This document shows positions 62,939-64,000 of a stretch of DNA of 64,000 nt, piece after piece. Below the pieces are notes generated by a model, which worked only from the letters and a program-made list of their open reading frames with translations, was not told the origin of the DNA and made no database searches. Both the position numbers and the translations under genes were made by a program. This DNA is from an uncultured delta proteobacterium (GTDB lineage Bacteria; Desulfobacterota; Binatia; UBA9968): assembly GCA_963816145.1 (NCBI GenBank), contig CAWFJP010000023.1, positions 1-64,000 of the forward strand. Direction: 5' to 3'. Position 1 is the stretch's first letter. Each line of letters begins with the position of its first letter.

Positions 62939-63952
62939 ATGGGCATTCGACCGCTAATCTCCAGCAGCGTGACCACAGGTCTGATCGATGCCATCGCCGC
63001 CACCAATGCCGATGTGGATCAGGTCAGAAAATCGTTGACGCACGACTTCACTACTTTGGCCAACGCACAGGGTTTTATCGCCTGCGCTGATTTCGCTCGT
63101 TTGCTGGAGGAGATCGCGCAAGCGACCGGCGACGGGTGCTTTGGCCTCCACTATGGCGAGCGCAGCAACCCAAAAAATCTCGGCCCGCTGATTTATGCGG
63201 TCCTCAACTCGCCGACGATTGCAATAGCGTGCGCGACCGCAGCGCGTTATCTTCATGTTCATAATCAGGCTTTGCAGCCGACTTTAGACGTCGATTCCAA
63301 GCTCGCGCATTTCGCCTACTCTTACGCCAATGTTGGACTGGAGAACTCAAGACAGTTCAGTGAATTTACCATGGCGGGCGTGCTGAACACTTTTCGAATC
63401 ATGGTGGGCAGCCAATGGACGCCAAGGGAAATTCAATTTACCCACGACGCCCCGAAATCGATAACCGAACACCAGCGAATTTTCAGCGCGCCGGTTATTT
63501 TTCGCTGCGCCAGCAATGCGCTGGTAATGGAACGCGAGTTCCTTGACCGCACGATTCCGGCCGCGGATCATCGCTTATATGGGATTTTGAGCCGGTATCT
63601 CGACGATGTGATCAATAAAATACCCCAGGAAGACCGCCTGGTTGCCACGATCCGAAAAGCGATCGGCGAATCACTCAAGGATGGCACGCCGCAGCTCGCC
63701 GGCGTGGCGAAATCGTTTGCGGTCAGCCCGCGCACGTTGCAGCGACGACTGGATAAACAGGGCCTCGAATTCAAAAAGTTAGTGCATGACACCCGCCGTC
63801 AGTTCGCGCTGGAATATTTACGGGACCAGGAAAACACACTGACGCAGATTGCTTTTTTGTTGGGCTATTCGGAAGTGAGCGCGTTTAACCGGGCGTTCAA
63901 GCGCTGGACGGGCTCGACGCCATTGGACTACCGCCGCAACCAAGTCACCTGA
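62939..63952 (+). CDS. AraC family transcriptional regulator (OruR/arabinose-binding-2 type)
   Basis: FGLHYG, SPRTLQRRL, IAFLLGYSEVSAFNRAFKRWTG. Confidence 0.92.
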   Translation: MGIRPLISSSVTTGLIDAIAATNADVDQVRKSLTHDFTTLANAQGFIACADFARLLEEIAQATGDGCFGLHYGERSNPKNLGPLIYAVLNSPTIAIACATAARYLHVHNQALQPTLDVDSKLAHFAYSYANVGLENSRQFSEFTMAGVLNTFRIMVGSQWTPREIQFTHDAPKSITEHQRIFSAPVIFRCASNALVMEREFLDRTIPAADHRLYGILSRYLDDVINKIPQEDRLVATIRKAIGESLKDGTPQLAGVAKSFAVSPRTLQRRLDKQGLEFKKLVHDTRRQFALEYLRDQENTLTQIAFLLGYSEVSAFNRAFKRWTGSTPLDYRRNQVT

Positions 63953-64000
63953 ACCAAACGATCCTCGATTCCGGGCCGAGGAATATTTGACTTGTCGACG

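Overview
This is a GC-rich bacterial window. The repeat style suggests a Binatota/deltaproteobacterium-like soil or sediment organism, but that is inference only. Most of it (about 11.4-62.4 kb, nearly all minus strand) is one large, mostly uncharacterised envelope/periplasmic neighbourhood: arylsulfatases, a HAD phosphatase, PqiAABC, MscS channels, a DAACS-SBP fusion, DUF2092, DUF3300/DUF2950, an OprB porin, OmpA, YSC84/SYLF and an octaheme cytochrome-TPR protein. It has its own regulators: a membrane-bound sigma54 activator and a PAS histidine kinase that share a paralogous input module, plus a FixJ-type response regulator. A 20-bp palindrome (TATTGGAC-N4-GTCCAATA) recurs upstream of several operons. 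The most unusual locus is 5.0-9.0 kb, where a signal-peptide-bearing NadD-like/nucleoside-phosphorylase fusion lies divergent from two tandem signal-peptide-bearing NADAR proteins; this is a candidate extracytoplasmic NAD/ADP-ribose-processing module. Intergenic DNA is dense with several REP/MITE-like families, one of which sits in frame inside the cytochrome gene. There are two type II TA loci (DUF433-DUF5615; MNT-HEPN with a nonsense-inactivated toxin) and several deletion scars, including an MscS-sulfatase chimera. About ten single-base frameshifts are probably long-read assembly errors. No rRNA, tRNA, CRISPR array or transposase was seen. All family calls come from motif recognition by eye, not database searches.
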